NCBI GenBank assembly: GCA_963704165.1
Contig: CAVPHD010000001.1
Location: forward strand, 256,001-320,000
Direction of reading: 5' to 3'
Origin: an uncultured delta proteobacterium
GTDB taxonomy: Bacteria; Myxococcota_A; UBA9160; SZUA-336
Length of the DNA stretch: 64,000 nucleotides
Under the pieces are notes generated by a model that did not search any database, was not told the origin of the DNA, and saw nothing but the letters and a program-made list of their open reading frames with translations. Below, in pieces: positions 1 to 10,611 of the stretch (position 1 is the stretch's first letter; every line of letters begins with the position of its first letter). The position numbers and the translations under genes are program-made.

Positions 1-586
1 CGTCGATGCTGCGATCGAAGGCTTCGAGGGTCTCGCCGCGAACCCGATTCATCAGCGCGTCGCGGGAGAGCACACGACCCGGGTTCTCGGCGAGCGCGAC
101 CAGGAGCTCGAACTGATGACTCGTGAGTGACTTCTCTTCGCCCGCCACGCGCACCACGCGCGCATCGCGGTCGATCTCGAGCCGGCCGAATCGAAGGAGT
201 GCTCCCGACCTCGCGGACGTCGGCCGCTGGCGACGCAGGATGGCGCGAAGGCGCGCGAGCAGCTCACGCGGGTTGAACGGTTTGGGCAGGTAGTCGTCCG
301 CGCCGAGCTCGAGGCCGACGATCCGATCGTCTTCGTCGCCTCGCGCCGTGAGCATCAGGATCGGCAGATCCGAGCTCGCACGAACCGATCGGCAGACTTC
401 GAACCCGTCCAGGTCCGGCAGCATCAGATCGAGCACGAGCGCGTCGAAGCGCCCGCGCCCGAGCTCCGAGAGGCCGGTCGCGGCGTCGGACGCGGTCACG
501 ACCTCGAGCCCGCGGGTGCCGAGGTACTGCGCGACCATTCCCGAGAGGCTCGTGTCGTCGTCGATCATGAGGATTCGCGGAGCCAT
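1..586 (-). CDS. OmpR/CpxR-family response regulator (runs off the left edge)
   Basis: Manual translation from ATG 586: MAPRILMIDDD...LVLDLMLPDLDGFEVC...ILMLTARGDEDDRIVGLELGADDYLPKPFNPRELLARLRA, then winged-helix VLSRDALMNRV...FDRSID. Absent from the ORF track because there is no stop in the window. Confidence 0.93.
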   Translation of the reverse strand, partial: MAPRILMIDDDTSLSGMVAQYLGTRGLEVVTASDAATGLSELGRGRFDALVLDLMLPDLDGFEVCRSVRASSDLPILMLTARGDEDDRIVGLELGADDYLPKPFNPRELLARLRAILRRQRPTSARSGALLRFGRLEIDRDARVVRVAGEEKSLTSHQFELLVALAENPGRVLSRDALMNRVRGETLEAFDRSID

Positions 587-652
587 GCGCCTCCTGGTGG
601 GGCCGTGCGCGTGGGCACGCGCACGGCCCCACTCTAGCGGAGGACACCCGTC

Positions 653-1183
653 CTAGTGGTCGTGTCGCCCGTGCATCTCCTGGGCGTACTCGACCAAGCG
701 TACGCGCTGCTCGGGTGTCAGCACGGAAGCGGCATCGACGACCGCATCCACGAGCTTCTGCGAGAGCGCCTCCAGCGTCGCGAGCTCCTCGGCGCGCAGC
801 GTCTGGATCGACACGCGCGAGAGCTCGGGGCGGGAGAGCTCGGCGAGCAAGAGCTCGTGTCGCTCGCGGTGCAGCTCGCGCAGACCCTGCAGCTCCTGCA
901 TGAAGCCGAGCACGATCGTCGTGACCTGCTCGGTCTGCTCGGGCGTGGCATCGACTTCGTCGAGCACGAACTCGGTCATGAATTCGGCGTGCTTGCGCGC
1001 GCGCTCGGGATTGTCTCCCCAGTTTCCGTGCCGATGGCCGGCGAACGCTGCGCGGCCGACCCAGGCGCCGAGCGCCTCGGGCGGTGCCGCGGCAATGGCC
1101 AGCCCCAACACGAACACGCAGAGAAGCGCACCGGCCAGGATCTCCTTCCAGAGGGATCGACGGATCGGGTTCTCGGTCATCAC
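653..1183 (-). CDS. Spy/CpxP-family periplasmic adaptor/chaperone (LTxxQ motif)
   Basis: N-terminal hydrophobic segment, helical body, ATPEQ and VLTPEQR motifs, His-rich tail; directly upstream of the response regulator. Confidence 0.8.
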   Translation of the reverse strand: MMTENPIRRSLWKEILAGALLCVFVLGLAIAAAPPEALGAWVGRAAFAGHRHGNWGDNPERARKHAEFMTEFVLDEVDATPEQTEQVTTIVLGFMQELQGLRELHRERHELLLAELSRPELSRVSIQTLRAEELATLEALSQKLVDAVVDAASVLTPEQRVRLVEYAQEMHGRHDH

Positions 1184-1229
1184 GTCTCCTTTCGTTCGAG
1201 GTCTCGCGATCCCGCGAGCCTCGAGCCGG

Positions 1230-1282
1230 AGACTAGGTGTCCGCCTTTTCCGACTTCCGTCCGGAAGGTAAAGAACCGTGAA
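1230..1282 (-). promoter_or_regulatory. Putative promoter of the cpxP-like/RR operon with CpxR-type box
   Basis: GTAAA-GAACC-GTGAA at 1268-1282 (+) matches CpxR consensus GTAAA-N5-GTAAA at 9/10. Candidate -10 TAGTCT on the minus strand at 1230-1235. Confidence 0.5.
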
Positions 1283-2663
1283 GTTCGCTCGTGATCTGTT
1301 CGAGCGTGAGACCGCGCGTTTCGGGCGCGTAGCGGAGGACCAGAAGCGCTCCGATGATCGGACCGACGGCGACGACCGCGATCGCGCCCGGGATTCCGAG
1401 CGGTGCGATCAAAAGACCGATGAAGATGGGGGTCAATACTTCCGTGACCCGACCCGCGAGGTTCGTCGTCCAGCCATAGCCCGTGGCGCGGATCTCGGTG
1501 GGAAAGAGCTCCGAGGCGTAGACGTGCGTCGATGTGTTGGCCGCGGCGAAGCAGAAGACGGTCATGACCATCCACACGTACTGCCCCGCGACCGAGGGCA
1601 CGTGATACAGGAGATAGATCGAGAGCGCGGCCAGGATGTAGAAGCCGGCGCAGGTGTACTTCCGGCCGATCCGGTCGATCAGCCAGCCCGCGACGAAGTG
1701 ACCCGCGACCCCGCCGCCGTAGCCCCAGAAGACGATGTCGCCCACCTGGTGCGTCGTGAGCTTCAGCTGTTCGCGCGCGAAGATCACCCAGAAGATCGTC
1801 GATGGACCGGTGACGATGAACACCGAGTTCCACAAGAGCGCGACGATCGCGGACCGCCGTCGGTACTCCTTCCGCCAGGGAAGTCCGGCTTCGCGCACGA
1901 GGTCGCGCCAGCTGCGCTTGGGGCCGGCGGCCTTGCGCTCGCGTTCGGCCTCGAAGCGACGCGTCTCCCGCATCGCGATGCGCAGCACGAGCACGAGCAC
2001 GAGTGGCAGCAACCCTAGCGCGTACAGGGCGCGCCAGTTCGCGCCATCGACGCCGAGTCCGAACGAGACCTGCGCGACCGACACGATTCCCTGTCCGAGA
2101 CCGTGAAGCCAGTTCCCCTCCGCGCCTTCGGCCAGGAGGACGTACGGCTGGATCTTCGCCATCCCCATCACGCCGACGGTGGCGAGGCTCGTGAGGATCG
2201 CGATCGAGCGCCCGCGCAGGCGCGCCGGGAACTCCTCGCCGACCATGATGATCGCGAGCGAATACTCGGCGGTCAGAAAGAGCCGCGCGACGAGCTGCAG
2301 CGCGGTGAACTGGACTTTGTCGGTGACGAGCGCCGTCGCGCCGTTCGCGATCGTGAACCCGATCACCGTCAGCATCATCACCCTGCGTCGGCCGACCCGG
2401 TCGGCGAAGAAGAGGAAGACGAACGACGCCATCACGCCCATGCGCGTGATGCCGTTGATCAGCCCCCAGTCCGCGAGATCGATTCCGAGCGAGGCACGCA
2501 CGTCGGGTGCGGCAAAGCCGATCATCGCGGCGTCGAACCCGTCGAAGAGCGTCGCGGTCGAGAGCAGCACGAACAGGAACCCGAGATAGGGGGTCACCCG
2601 GTCGATCTCGAGCGCGGCGGCAGGCGTCGCCTTCGAATCGGGTCGGGGCGCGGAGCCTGCCAC
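1233..2663 (-). CDS. MFS transporter (sugar/aromatic-acid type)
   Basis: FADRVGRR motif A, EEFPARLRG, LIDRIGRK, SELFPTEIRATG, PETRGLTLEQI; many hydrophobic segments. Confidence 0.92.
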   Translation of the reverse strand: MAGSAPRPDSKATPAAALEIDRVTPYLGFLFVLLSTATLFDGFDAAMIGFAAPDVRASLGIDLADWGLINGITRMGVMASFVFLFFADRVGRRRVMMLTVIGFTIANGATALVTDKVQFTALQLVARLFLTAEYSLAIIMVGEEFPARLRGRSIAILTSLATVGVMGMAKIQPYVLLAEGAEGNWLHGLGQGIVSVAQVSFGLGVDGANWRALYALGLLPLVLVLVLRIAMRETRRFEAERERKAAGPKRSWRDLVREAGLPWRKEYRRRSAIVALLWNSVFIVTGPSTIFWVIFAREQLKLTTHQVGDIVFWGYGGGVAGHFVAGWLIDRIGRKYTCAGFYILAALSIYLLYHVPSVAGQYVWMVMTVFCFAAANTSTHVYASELFPTEIRATGYGWTTNLAGRVTEVLTPIFIGLLIAPLGIPGAIAVVAVGPIIGALLVLRYAPETRGLTLEQITSELHGSLPSGRKSEKADT

Positions 2664-2739
2664 GTCGCGAGACTACCAAGACTTCGCTTGCCACGCGCAT
2701 GGCCGAGAGCCTAGGCTCGCAGGAGAGGGAGTCCGGACA

Positions 2740-4059
2740 CTGAGCCGAGCCGTTGCAGATCGACCCGGCGACGTCCGCGCGCCTGCCGGCACGCCGACAC
2801 CGGGCCCGACTCCGGCCTTCACGCCGGGCTATCGCACGTACGCGCTCGGGGTTCTGGTCGTCGTCTACGTGCTGAACTTCGTCGATCGTCAGATCCTGAC
2901 GATCCTCGCCAAGCCGATCGCGGACGAGCTCGGTTTCTCGGACACACAGCTCGGCCTTCTGACCGGCCCCGCGTTCGCGCTCTTCTACACCTTCGCCGGG
3001 ATTCCGATCGCGCGCTGGGCCGACGTCGGCGTCCGCCGCTCGATCATCGCGCTCGCGCTTCTGATCTGGAGTGGAATGACGGCCGTCACCGCGCTCGCCG
3101 GCAACCTGACCCAGCTCGCGCTGGCACGTGTCGGTGTAGGCGTCGGCGAGGCGGGCTGCAGTCCGCCGGCGCACTCCTTGATCTCGGATCTGTTCCCGGT
3201 CGAGCGGCGTGCGACGGCGCTCGCGATCTACTCGCTCGGCATTCCGATCGGCGGCGCGCTCGGCAGCCTGCTCGGCGGCTGGCTCGGGCAGCTCTACGGC
3301 TGGAGAGTCGCGTTCCTCGCCGTGGGTCTGCCGGGCGTTCTGCTCGCGCTCGTCGTGCGCTACACGCTGCGCGAGCCGCCGCGAGAGGCCGTGCACCGCC
3401 GCGAGAGCGTGCGCGAGGTCTTCAGCTTCATGGCGCGACGCCCGGCATTCGTGCACATGTCGATCGGCGCCGCACTGCACGCGTTCTACGGCTACGGTGC
3501 GGCCTCGTTCATTCCCGTCTTCCTGATGCGCGTGCACGGTCTTCAGCTCGGCGAGCTCGGCACCTGGCTCGCCGCGATCGGACTCACGACGGGCGTCGCC
3601 GGAACCTATCTCGGCGGCTCGATCTCGGACCGGCTCGCGAAGCTCGAGGTGAGCTGGTACATGCGCGTGCCGGCGATCGCATCGATCATCGGCGTGCCCT
3701 TCTCGTTCCTCTTCTACCTCTGGCCCGAGGGCCGGACGGCGCTCTTGCTCTCGATTCCCGGTGCGCTGCTCGGGCCGATCTACCTCGGCCCGACCTTCGC
3801 GATGACCCAGAGCCTGGTGCGTCCGCACATGCGCGCGCTCGCCTCTGCGATCCTGCTCTTCATCATCAACCTGATCGGGCTCGGTCTCGGCCCCTGGTTC
3901 GTCGGCATGCTCTCGGACGCGTTGAAGCCCAGCTACGGCACCGACGCGATCCGCTACGCGCTGCTCGGGACCATCGTCGTGGGTTCGCTCTGGTCGTCCG
4001 TGCACTACCTGATCGCCGCACGCACGCTCGCCGCGGATCTGCAGGCGAAGGACGCCTGA
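2740..4059 (+). CDS. Spinster-like MFS transporter (probable CTG start at 2740; first canonical start GTG 2869)
   Basis: YRTYALGVLVVVYVLNFVDRQIL, ARVGVGVGEAGCSPPAHSLISDLFP. TM1 lies upstream of GTG 2869; AGGAGAGGGAG precedes the in-frame CTG. Confidence 0.88.
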   Translation: MSRAVADRPGDVRAPAGTPTPGPTPAFTPGYRTYALGVLVVVYVLNFVDRQILTILAKPIADELGFSDTQLGLLTGPAFALFYTFAGIPIARWADVGVRRSIIALALLIWSGMTAVTALAGNLTQLALARVGVGVGEAGCSPPAHSLISDLFPVERRATALAIYSLGIPIGGALGSLLGGWLGQLYGWRVAFLAVGLPGVLLALVVRYTLREPPREAVHRRESVREVFSFMARRPAFVHMSIGAALHAFYGYGAASFIPVFLMRVHGLQLGELGTWLAAIGLTTGVAGTYLGGSISDRLAKLEVSWYMRVPAIASIIGVPFSFLFYLWPEGRTALLLSIPGALLGPIYLGPTFAMTQSLVRPHMRALASAILLFIINLIGLGLGPWFVGMLSDALKPSYGTDAIRYALLGTIVVGSLWSSVHYLIAARTLAADLQAKDA

Positions 4060-4092
4060 CAAGTCCGGGCCCCTTCGCTACACGGACGCCCC

Positions 4093-4896
4093 GTGGGTTC
4101 GGTGCGTCCCTACCTCCAGTTCGCCCGCCTCGCGTTCCAGCGCCGCGCCGCCTATCGGCTCGCCAACTGGACTGGCGTCGCGGTGAACGTCTTCTTCCTG
4201 CTCGTGCACGCGCAGGTGCTGCTCGCGTTCTTCCGAGCGCGCCCGGGGGCGCTCGGTTGGACGCCGAACGAGGCGGTGCTCTACTTCACGGCTTCGGAAG
4301 CGCTCCTGATGGTGGTCGGGACCTTCGCCGACTACCGCTACAACCTGTCCGAGCGAATCCGCACGGGCGAGGTGGTGACGGATCTCGCACGTCCGGTCAC
4401 GCTCTTCTGGCGCGACGTCGCCGAGCGCTACGGCACCGCGCTCTACTATCTGATCGCGCGGTTTCCGCCGGTGTACCTGACGGGCGTCGTCCTCTGGGGC
4501 GTGACCCCGCCGCTTCGGTTCGAGACGTTCCTGTTTCCCGTGTCCCTCGTGCTCGCGGTCGGAGTCTCGGCCGGGCTCTGGTACGTCGTCTGCGCGTCGG
4601 CCTACTTCAGGAACACCGCGAACGGGGAGCTCACCGCGCTCGTCTTCGCCAACACACTTCTCGGTGGAATGGTCGTGCCGCTCGACTTCTACCCGGAAGG
4701 GCTTCGCGCGGTCGCGGACGCGTTGCCGTTTCGCGCGACGCTGTACACACCGGTCGCCCTGCTCAGCGGAAAACTCTCGGGCACGGCACTGGTCTTCGGT
4801 CTGCTCCACCAGGTCGCGTGGCTCGGCATACTCTCGGCCGCGTCCCTCGCGATCGAATCCCGCGGCCTGCGCCGCCTCTCGACGCAGGGCGGGTAG
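4093..4896 (+). CDS. ABC-2 family permease (DUF990-like)
   Basis: ERIRTGEVVTDLARPV, GGMVVPLDFYP, LPFRATLYTP; about 6 TM segments. Confidence 0.88.
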   Translation: MGSVRPYLQFARLAFQRRAAYRLANWTGVAVNVFFLLVHAQVLLAFFRARPGALGWTPNEAVLYFTASEALLMVVGTFADYRYNLSERIRTGEVVTDLARPVTLFWRDVAERYGTALYYLIARFPPVYLTGVVLWGVTPPLRFETFLFPVSLVLAVGVSAGLWYVVCASAYFRNTANGELTALVFANTLLGGMVVPLDFYPEGLRAVADALPFRATLYTPVALLSGKLSGTALVFGLLHQVAWLGILSAASLAIESRGLRRLSTQGG

Positions 4897-4898
4897 CT

Positions 4899-5702
4899 TT
4901 GATCGCCAACGCGCTCGCGCTCTGGGCCCGGCTCGCCGGCGCGCAGATCCGCTCGCAGATGCAGTACCGCACGTCCTTCGCGATCCAGAGCGCGGTGATG
5001 TTCGGCGTGGTGCTGAGCGACCTCGTTCCGGTCTGGATCCTCTCGCGCTTCTTCGGGAACCTCGATGGCTGGTCCTTCGCCGAACTCGCGCTGCTCTACG
5101 GAATGGTGGAGACGTCGTGGGCGTGCGTCGAGACGGTCCTGCACGGCTTCGAGAACTTCTCGGTCTACCTTCTCCAGGGAGATCTCGACCGGATCCTCCT
5201 GCGGCCACGCTCGGTCATCCTGCAGGTGGCGTCGCGCGAATTCGACGCCCGCAAGCTCTCGCGCATCGCGCAGGGAATGGTCGTGCTCGCGATCGCGTGC
5301 GTCGTGCTCGACCTCGGCGTGCAGTCGCTCCTCTGGGTTGCGCTCGGTGTCGCGGGCGGCACGCTCTGCTTCGCGGGAATCGTGATGGCGGGCGCGGCGG
5401 TGCAATTCTGGACGCTCGGGCAGGCGCAAGAGCTGCAGAACATCCTGACCTACGGTGGCGCGGCGTCGATGACGTACCCGGTGTCGATCTACGCGACGTG
5501 GTTCCGGCGAGTGCTGACCTACGGCGTTCCACTCGCGTTCGTGAACTACTTCCCGGCGCTCGCGGCCCTCGGCCGAACCGAGTCCGCGGGCTGGCCGGCG
5601 TTCGTGCCGGGCCTCTCGCCGTTCGTCTGCGCGGCCGTGCTCGCGATCGGGATGGCGGCATTCGCGCGCGGGCTGCGGCGTTACGAATCGACGGGGAGCT
5701 AG
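4899..5702 (+). CDS. ABC-2 family permease (DUF990-like), second subunit
   Basis: TTG start at 4899; RSQMQYRTSF, GWSFAELALLYG, GDLDRILLRPR, YPVSIY, C-terminal GLRRYESTGS. Confidence 0.88.
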   Translation: MIANALALWARLAGAQIRSQMQYRTSFAIQSAVMFGVVLSDLVPVWILSRFFGNLDGWSFAELALLYGMVETSWACVETVLHGFENFSVYLLQGDLDRILLRPRSVILQVASREFDARKLSRIAQGMVVLAIACVVLDLGVQSLLWVALGVAGGTLCFAGIVMAGAAVQFWTLGQAQELQNILTYGGAASMTYPVSIYATWFRRVLTYGVPLAFVNYFPALAALGRTESAGWPAFVPGLSPFVCAAVLAIGMAAFARGLRRYESTGS

Positions 5703-5706
5703 ACCC

Positions 5707-6684
5707 TTGATCGAGGTCGAGAAGCTCGAGAAGACGTTCCGCGTCGCGCGTCACCACCGCGGGTTCCTCGGCTCGTTCCGGAACCTGGTCGAGACCGGGC
5801 ACGACGTCGTGCGAGCCGTCGACGGCGTGTCGTTCTCGATCGCATCGGGGGAGTTCGTCGGCTTCATCGGCCCGAATGGCGCCGGGAAGTCGACGACGAT
5901 CAAGATGCTGACCGGCGTGCTCGAGCCTTCGGCCGGAGAGATCCGCGTCGGAGGGCTCGTGCCGCGCCGCGACCGGATCGTCCACACCGCGCAGATCGGC
6001 GTCGTCTTCGGCCAGCGCACCCAGCTCTGGTGGGATCTTCCGGTGATCGAGTCCTACACGCTCCTGCGTCACGTCTATCGGGTCCCGGAGCGCGCGTTCG
6101 CCGAGCAGCTCGGGCGTCTCGAGCGACTCCTCGAGCTCCGCCCGCTGCTCGACGTCCCGGTTCGCAAGCTCTCCCTCGGCCAACGCATGCGCTGCGAGCT
6201 CGGCGCCGCACTCCTGCACGCACCCCGGCTCCTGTTCCTGGACGAACCGACGATCGGACTCGACGTGCTCGCGAAGGAGGCGATCCGCGAGTTCCTGGCC
6301 ACCGAGAACCGCGAGCGCGGCACGACGATCCTGCTCACGACCCACGACCTCTCCGACATCGAGCGGCTCTGTCCGCGCATGATCCTGATCGATCACGGCC
6401 ACGTCGTGTACGACGGATCGGTCGAGGCGATTCGCCGCGAGCTCGGAAGCGAGCGCCGCCTGGTCGTCGATTTCGAGGGCGAACCGCCCACCGGCGTGCC
6501 CGACGACGTCGAGATCGTGGAGCGCGCGGCTCGACGCCTGGTCCTGCGCTTCCGTCGCGACCGGATCGGACCCGCCGCGCTGATCAGCTGGCTCGGCGAA
6601 CGCGCGCCGATCTCGGACCTCTCGCTCGAGGAGCCGCCGATCGAAGGCATCGTCGCGGAGCTGTACCGGCGCGGGCGCTCGTGA
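5707..6684 (+). CDS. ABC transporter ATP-binding protein
   Basis: Walker A GPNGAGKST, signature LSLGQRMR, Walker B LFLDEPT, H-loop TTH. Confidence 0.95.
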   Translation: MIEVEKLEKTFRVARHHRGFLGSFRNLVETGHDVVRAVDGVSFSIASGEFVGFIGPNGAGKSTTIKMLTGVLEPSAGEIRVGGLVPRRDRIVHTAQIGVVFGQRTQLWWDLPVIESYTLLRHVYRVPERAFAEQLGRLERLLELRPLLDVPVRKLSLGQRMRCELGAALLHAPRLLFLDEPTIGLDVLAKEAIREFLATENRERGTTILLTTHDLSDIERLCPRMILIDHGHVVYDGSVEAIRRELGSERRLVVDFEGEPPTGVPDDVEIVERAARRLVLRFRRDRIGPAALISWLGERAPISDLSLEEPPIEGIVAELYRRGRS

Positions 6685-8330
6685 GCGACACCGAGACGTT
6701 TCGCGTTCACGGGCTCGAGCTGGCGATCGACGAGCCGCTCGACCGGTTGCGCGGGCGCGCGCTCGAGGCCGCCGGGGTTTCGGTCGCGGAGCTGCGCGGC
6801 TATCGGATCGCGCGCCTCAGTCTCGACGCGCGGCGCGTCGGCCGGGTACGGCGGCTGCGCTTCGTCGCACAGGCCGACCTGGTGCTCGACGCGGGAGCGA
6901 GGAGCGCCGGGCTCGAACGCGCGCTGCGCTCGGGACGCGTCGTGCGCGCCCCCGGGATCGGCCGGCTCGAAGTCGATTCCGTGCACGGATCGCTCGACGG
7001 CGCGCGCGTGGCGGTGCTCGGCGCCGGACCGGCGGGCCTGTTCGCCGCGCTCGTGCTCTCGCGAAACGGCGTCGCGGTCGATCTCGTCGATCGCGGCGCT
7101 CCGATCCGCGAGCGCGCACGCGATCTCAACGCTTTCCACCGCACGCGTGTTCCGAACACGGAGAGCAACCTGCTCTTCGGGGAGGGCGGAGCCGGCACGT
7201 ACTCGGACGGGAAGCTCTACACGCGTGTGGATCACCCGCTCGAGGTACCGCTGCTCGACGAGCTCGTCGCCTGCGGTGCACCGCCCGAGATCCGCTACGA
7301 CGCCCGCGCGCACGTCGGCACGGACCGCCTGCACCGGATCCTGCCCGAGCTCCGGGCGCGGCTCGAGGCCGCGGGCGTGCGATTCCACTGGAGGACGCGC
7401 GTGGATCGGCTCGCGCTCGATGTGCGCGATCCGGGCCGGGTGCGCGGGCTCGTGACCGAGCGCGGCGAGATCGAGACGCGCGCCCTGATCCTCGCTCCGG
7501 GGCACAGCGCACGCGACACCTGGCGCGCGCTCGCTGCGCAGGGAATCGAGTTCGAGGCAAAGCCGTTCCAGCTCGGCGTTCGGATCGAGCACCCACAGGC
7601 GCTCGTCGACCGCGGTCGACACGGGGACGGACCGGAGGCGAAGCAGCTCGGCCCCGCCTACTACGGTCTGACCTGCAAGCCGGGCGATGGCGCACCGGGC
7701 GCGCACAGCTTCTGCATGTGCCCGGGCGGCATCGTCGTGGCGAGTGTCTCGGCCCCGGGATTCCTCTGCACGAACGGGATGAGCAACTCGCGACACTCCT
7801 CTGCGTACGCGAACGCCGCGATCGTGACGACGCTGGGACCGGGCGAGTTCGGATCCGGAGTCTTCGCAGGGGTCGAGCTCCAGGAGTCGCTCGAACGGCG
7901 ATTCTTCGACGCGGGCGGCGGCGACTACACCGCGCCCGCTCAATCGGCGCCCGACTTCCTCGCCGGAACGACGAGCACCGAGACGATCCGATCGAGCTAC
8001 CGCTTCGGCACCACGCCGGCGCGGATCGACGCGCTCCTGCCCGATCGCGTCCGCGATGCGCTGCGACACGCGCTCGTCCGCTTCGAGCGCTCGATCCCGG
8101 GATTCGCGGGCGCCGAGGGGCTCTTGATCGGGCTCGAATCGCGGAGCTCGGGTCCGATCCGGATTCCGCGCGACCGCGACACGTTCCGCGCGCGCGGCTT
8201 CGCGAATCTGTTTCCCGTCGGCGAGGGCGCCGGCTACGCGGGGGGCATCATGAGCGCCGCGATCGACGGCGCTCGCGCAGCGCAGGCTTTGCTCGTCCAC
8301 GGCGCTTCGGTGCCCGGACGCGCATCGTGA
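6681..8330 (+). CDS. FAD/NAD(P)-dependent oxidoreductase (uncharacterised family)
   Basis: GTG overlaps the upstream stop; GAGPAG, FGEGGAGTYSDGKL, SFCMCPGG, GEGAGYAGGIMSAAIDG. Confidence 0.9.
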   Translation: MSDTETFRVHGLELAIDEPLDRLRGRALEAAGVSVAELRGYRIARLSLDARRVGRVRRLRFVAQADLVLDAGARSAGLERALRSGRVVRAPGIGRLEVDSVHGSLDGARVAVLGAGPAGLFAALVLSRNGVAVDLVDRGAPIRERARDLNAFHRTRVPNTESNLLFGEGGAGTYSDGKLYTRVDHPLEVPLLDELVACGAPPEIRYDARAHVGTDRLHRILPELRARLEAAGVRFHWRTRVDRLALDVRDPGRVRGLVTERGEIETRALILAPGHSARDTWRALAAQGIEFEAKPFQLGVRIEHPQALVDRGRHGDGPEAKQLGPAYYGLTCKPGDGAPGAHSFCMCPGGIVVASVSAPGFLCTNGMSNSRHSSAYANAAIVTTLGPGEFGSGVFAGVELQESLERRFFDAGGGDYTAPAQSAPDFLAGTTSTETIRSSYRFGTTPARIDALLPDRVRDALRHALVRFERSIPGFAGAEGLLIGLESRSSGPIRIPRDRDTFRARGFANLFPVGEGAGYAGGIMSAAIDGARAAQALLVHGASVPGRAS

Positions 8331-9694
8331 ACTGGCTGCTCGTCGCGCTCTTCGGCTACGTGGGAGCGCAGCTCGTGGTCGGGCTCGTGGTCTCGCGCCG
8401 CGTCGCGAGCGAATCGGATTACCTGATCGCCGGGCGGAAGCTCGGCCCGGCGCTGGTCGTGTTCTCGATGTTCGCGACCTGGTTCGGCGCGGAGAGCTGC
8501 ATCGGCGCGGCTGGAGCCGTGTACGAGCACGGCCTTTCGGGCGCGCGGGCGGATCCCTTCGGCTACGCGGGCTGTCTGTTCCTGCTCGGCGCGGTCTTCG
8601 CCGTTCCGCTCTGGCGACGCAAGCTCACCACGCTCGGCGATCTCTTCGCGTGGCGCTTCGGACCGCGCGTCGAGAAGCTCGCAGTGCTCCTGATGGCGCC
8701 GACCTCGGTGCTCTGGGCAGCCGCGCAGATCCGCGCCTTCGGGCAGGTCGTCGCGATCTCGTCGGGATTCGAGCTCGAGCTCGCGATCGGGCTCTCGGCC
8801 GCCGTCGTGATCCTGTACACCGCCGCGGGCGGACTTCTCGCCGATGCGGTCACCGACCTGATCCAGGGCGGCACGCTGATCGTCGGCTTGATCGTGCTCG
8901 CGATCGCGGTCTTCGTGTCGGGGGACGCGACCTTCGCGAGCCTCGCCGAGACGAGCCGGTCGTTTGCACCGGTGCAGACGAGCTGGCTCGAGCGCGCGGA
9001 GTCGTGGGCGATTCCGGTTTTTGGATCGGTGCTCGCGCAGGAGATGGTCGCGCGCGTGCTCGCCGCGCGATCGCCCGAGCTCGCGCGCGGCGGCGCGTTC
9101 GCGGCCAGCGGCCTCTACCTCGCGATCGGCGTGATTCCCGTGGGACTCGCGCTCGTCGGCGCGCGAACTCTGCCGGGACTCGAAGACCCCGAACAGATCC
9201 TGCCGCGCATGGCGCTCGAACACTTCCCGCTCTGGTTCTACGCGATCTTCGCGGGGTCGTTGATCTCGGCGATTCTCTCCACCGTCGACAGCGCGCTTCT
9301 CGCGGCCGCCTCGCTCGTCTCGCACAATCTGATCGTGCCGTTCCGGCCCGACATGGACGACCGGAGCAAGCTGCGGCTCGCTCGGATCTGCGTGGTCGCG
9401 TTCGGGATCGTCTCGTACCTGCTCGCGCTGCACGCGGACGGCGTCTACGCGCTGATCGAGGCGGCGGCCGCGTTCGCGAGCGCGGGCGTCGTGGTGAGCG
9501 CGAGCTTCGGGCTCTTCACCCGGATCGGCGGGGCGCGCAGCGCCGCTGCTGCGCTCGTGACCGGCGCGCTCGTCTGGTCGATCTCGGTTCTCGGCGAGCT
9601 GCTCGTCGCGCCCTATCTCGCATCGTTCGCGGCCTCGGCGCTGGCCTATCTCGCGACTTCGGCGTTCGAGCGGCCGGAGCCGAGCGAAGCATGA
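8327..9694 (+). CDS. Sodium:solute symporter (SSS) family protein
   Basis: DYLIAGRKLG, SMFATWFGAES, YTAAGGLLADAVTDLIQG, SAILSTVDSALLA; GTGA overlap. Confidence 0.92.
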   Translation: MNWLLVALFGYVGAQLVVGLVVSRRVASESDYLIAGRKLGPALVVFSMFATWFGAESCIGAAGAVYEHGLSGARADPFGYAGCLFLLGAVFAVPLWRRKLTTLGDLFAWRFGPRVEKLAVLLMAPTSVLWAAAQIRAFGQVVAISSGFELELAIGLSAAVVILYTAAGGLLADAVTDLIQGGTLIVGLIVLAIAVFVSGDATFASLAETSRSFAPVQTSWLERAESWAIPVFGSVLAQEMVARVLAARSPELARGGAFAASGLYLAIGVIPVGLALVGARTLPGLEDPEQILPRMALEHFPLWFYAIFAGSLISAILSTVDSALLAAASLVSHNLIVPFRPDMDDRSKLRLARICVVAFGIVSYLLALHADGVYALIEAAAAFASAGVVVSASFGLFTRIGGARSAAAALVTGALVWSISVLGELLVAPYLASFAASALAYLATSAFERPEPSEA

Positions 9695-10611
9695 GAAACG
9701 TGCACGAGCGCGCCGGGCTTCTCTTCGCGGCGTACTGCGTCGTGAACGGGGCGTTCGTCCCCGGAGTGGCCAAGCTCACCACGCTCGCCGCGAGCGGGCT
9801 CGCGATCGCGCTCGGAACGAGCGCGTTCGCCGCGGTGTGCGCGCTCGCGCTGCTCGCCTGGCGCGGCGAGCTTGGGCAGCTCGTCGAGCGGAGCCAGGCG
9901 CCGGTCCTGATCGCGGTCGGCGCGCTCGGCACCGCGCTCGCCTTCCTGCTCTTCTTCGAGGGCGCCCGGCGGGTGAGCGCGATCGACACCGCGGTCTGCG
10001 TGCAGACCGAGCCCGTCTACGCGTTGATCGGCGCGCGCGTCTTCCTCGGCCACGCGCTTCGCCCGCGTCGAGTGCTCGCGGTCGGCGCGATCCTCGCGGG
10101 CATCGCGCTGGTACTCGGCGCGCGTCCGCTCGAGGGATCGCTCGGCGTCGGGCTCCTGCTCGCGACGCCGCTCGCGTGGCAGAGCTCGCACTGGATCGCC
10201 TTGCGCGGGCTCGAAGGCGTCAACCCGCGCCTGCTGACGGCCGCGCGCTACGTGTACGGAACGCTCGTGCTTCTGCCGCTCTGGCTCGCCGTCGACGGCA
10301 TCGCCTCGCTGCCCTCGGGTGACGAGCTGGCCGCACTCCTGCCGATCGTCGCGGCTCAGGGCGCGCTGCTCTCGTACGGCGGAACGCTCGCCTGGTACGC
10401 GTCGATCAAGCGCCTCGACCTCGCACGCACGACGGCGATCGTCGTCCCTTCGGGGCCGCTGCTCTCGCTCGTCGCGTCGTACTTCCTGGTCGACGAGCTC
10501 GTGACGCTGCGGCAGATGGTCGGCTTCGCGCTGACGACATCGGGCGTACTCGTCTTCGCCCTCGGCCAGGGTGTGACTTCGTCGTCCGGGTACACTTCCG
10601 ACCATGACTAG
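9691..10611 (+). CDS. DMT/EamA-family transporter
   Basis: ATGA overlap; about 10 TM in two repeats; [30 protein letters not shown]. Confidence 0.8.
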   Translation: MRNVHERAGLLFAAYCVVNGAFVPGVAKLTTLAASGLAIALGTSAFAAVCALALLAWRGELGQLVERSQAPVLIAVGALGTALAFLLFFEGARRVSAIDTAVCVQTEPVYALIGARVFLGHALRPRRVLAVGAILAGIALVLGARPLEGSLGVGLLLATPLAWQSSHWIALRGLEGVNPRLLTAARYVYGTLVLLPLWLAVDGIASLPSGDELAALLPIVAAQGALLSYGGTLAWYASIKRLDLARTTAIVVPSGPLLSLVASYFLVDELVTLRQMVGFALTTSGVLVFALGQGVTSSSGYTSDHD

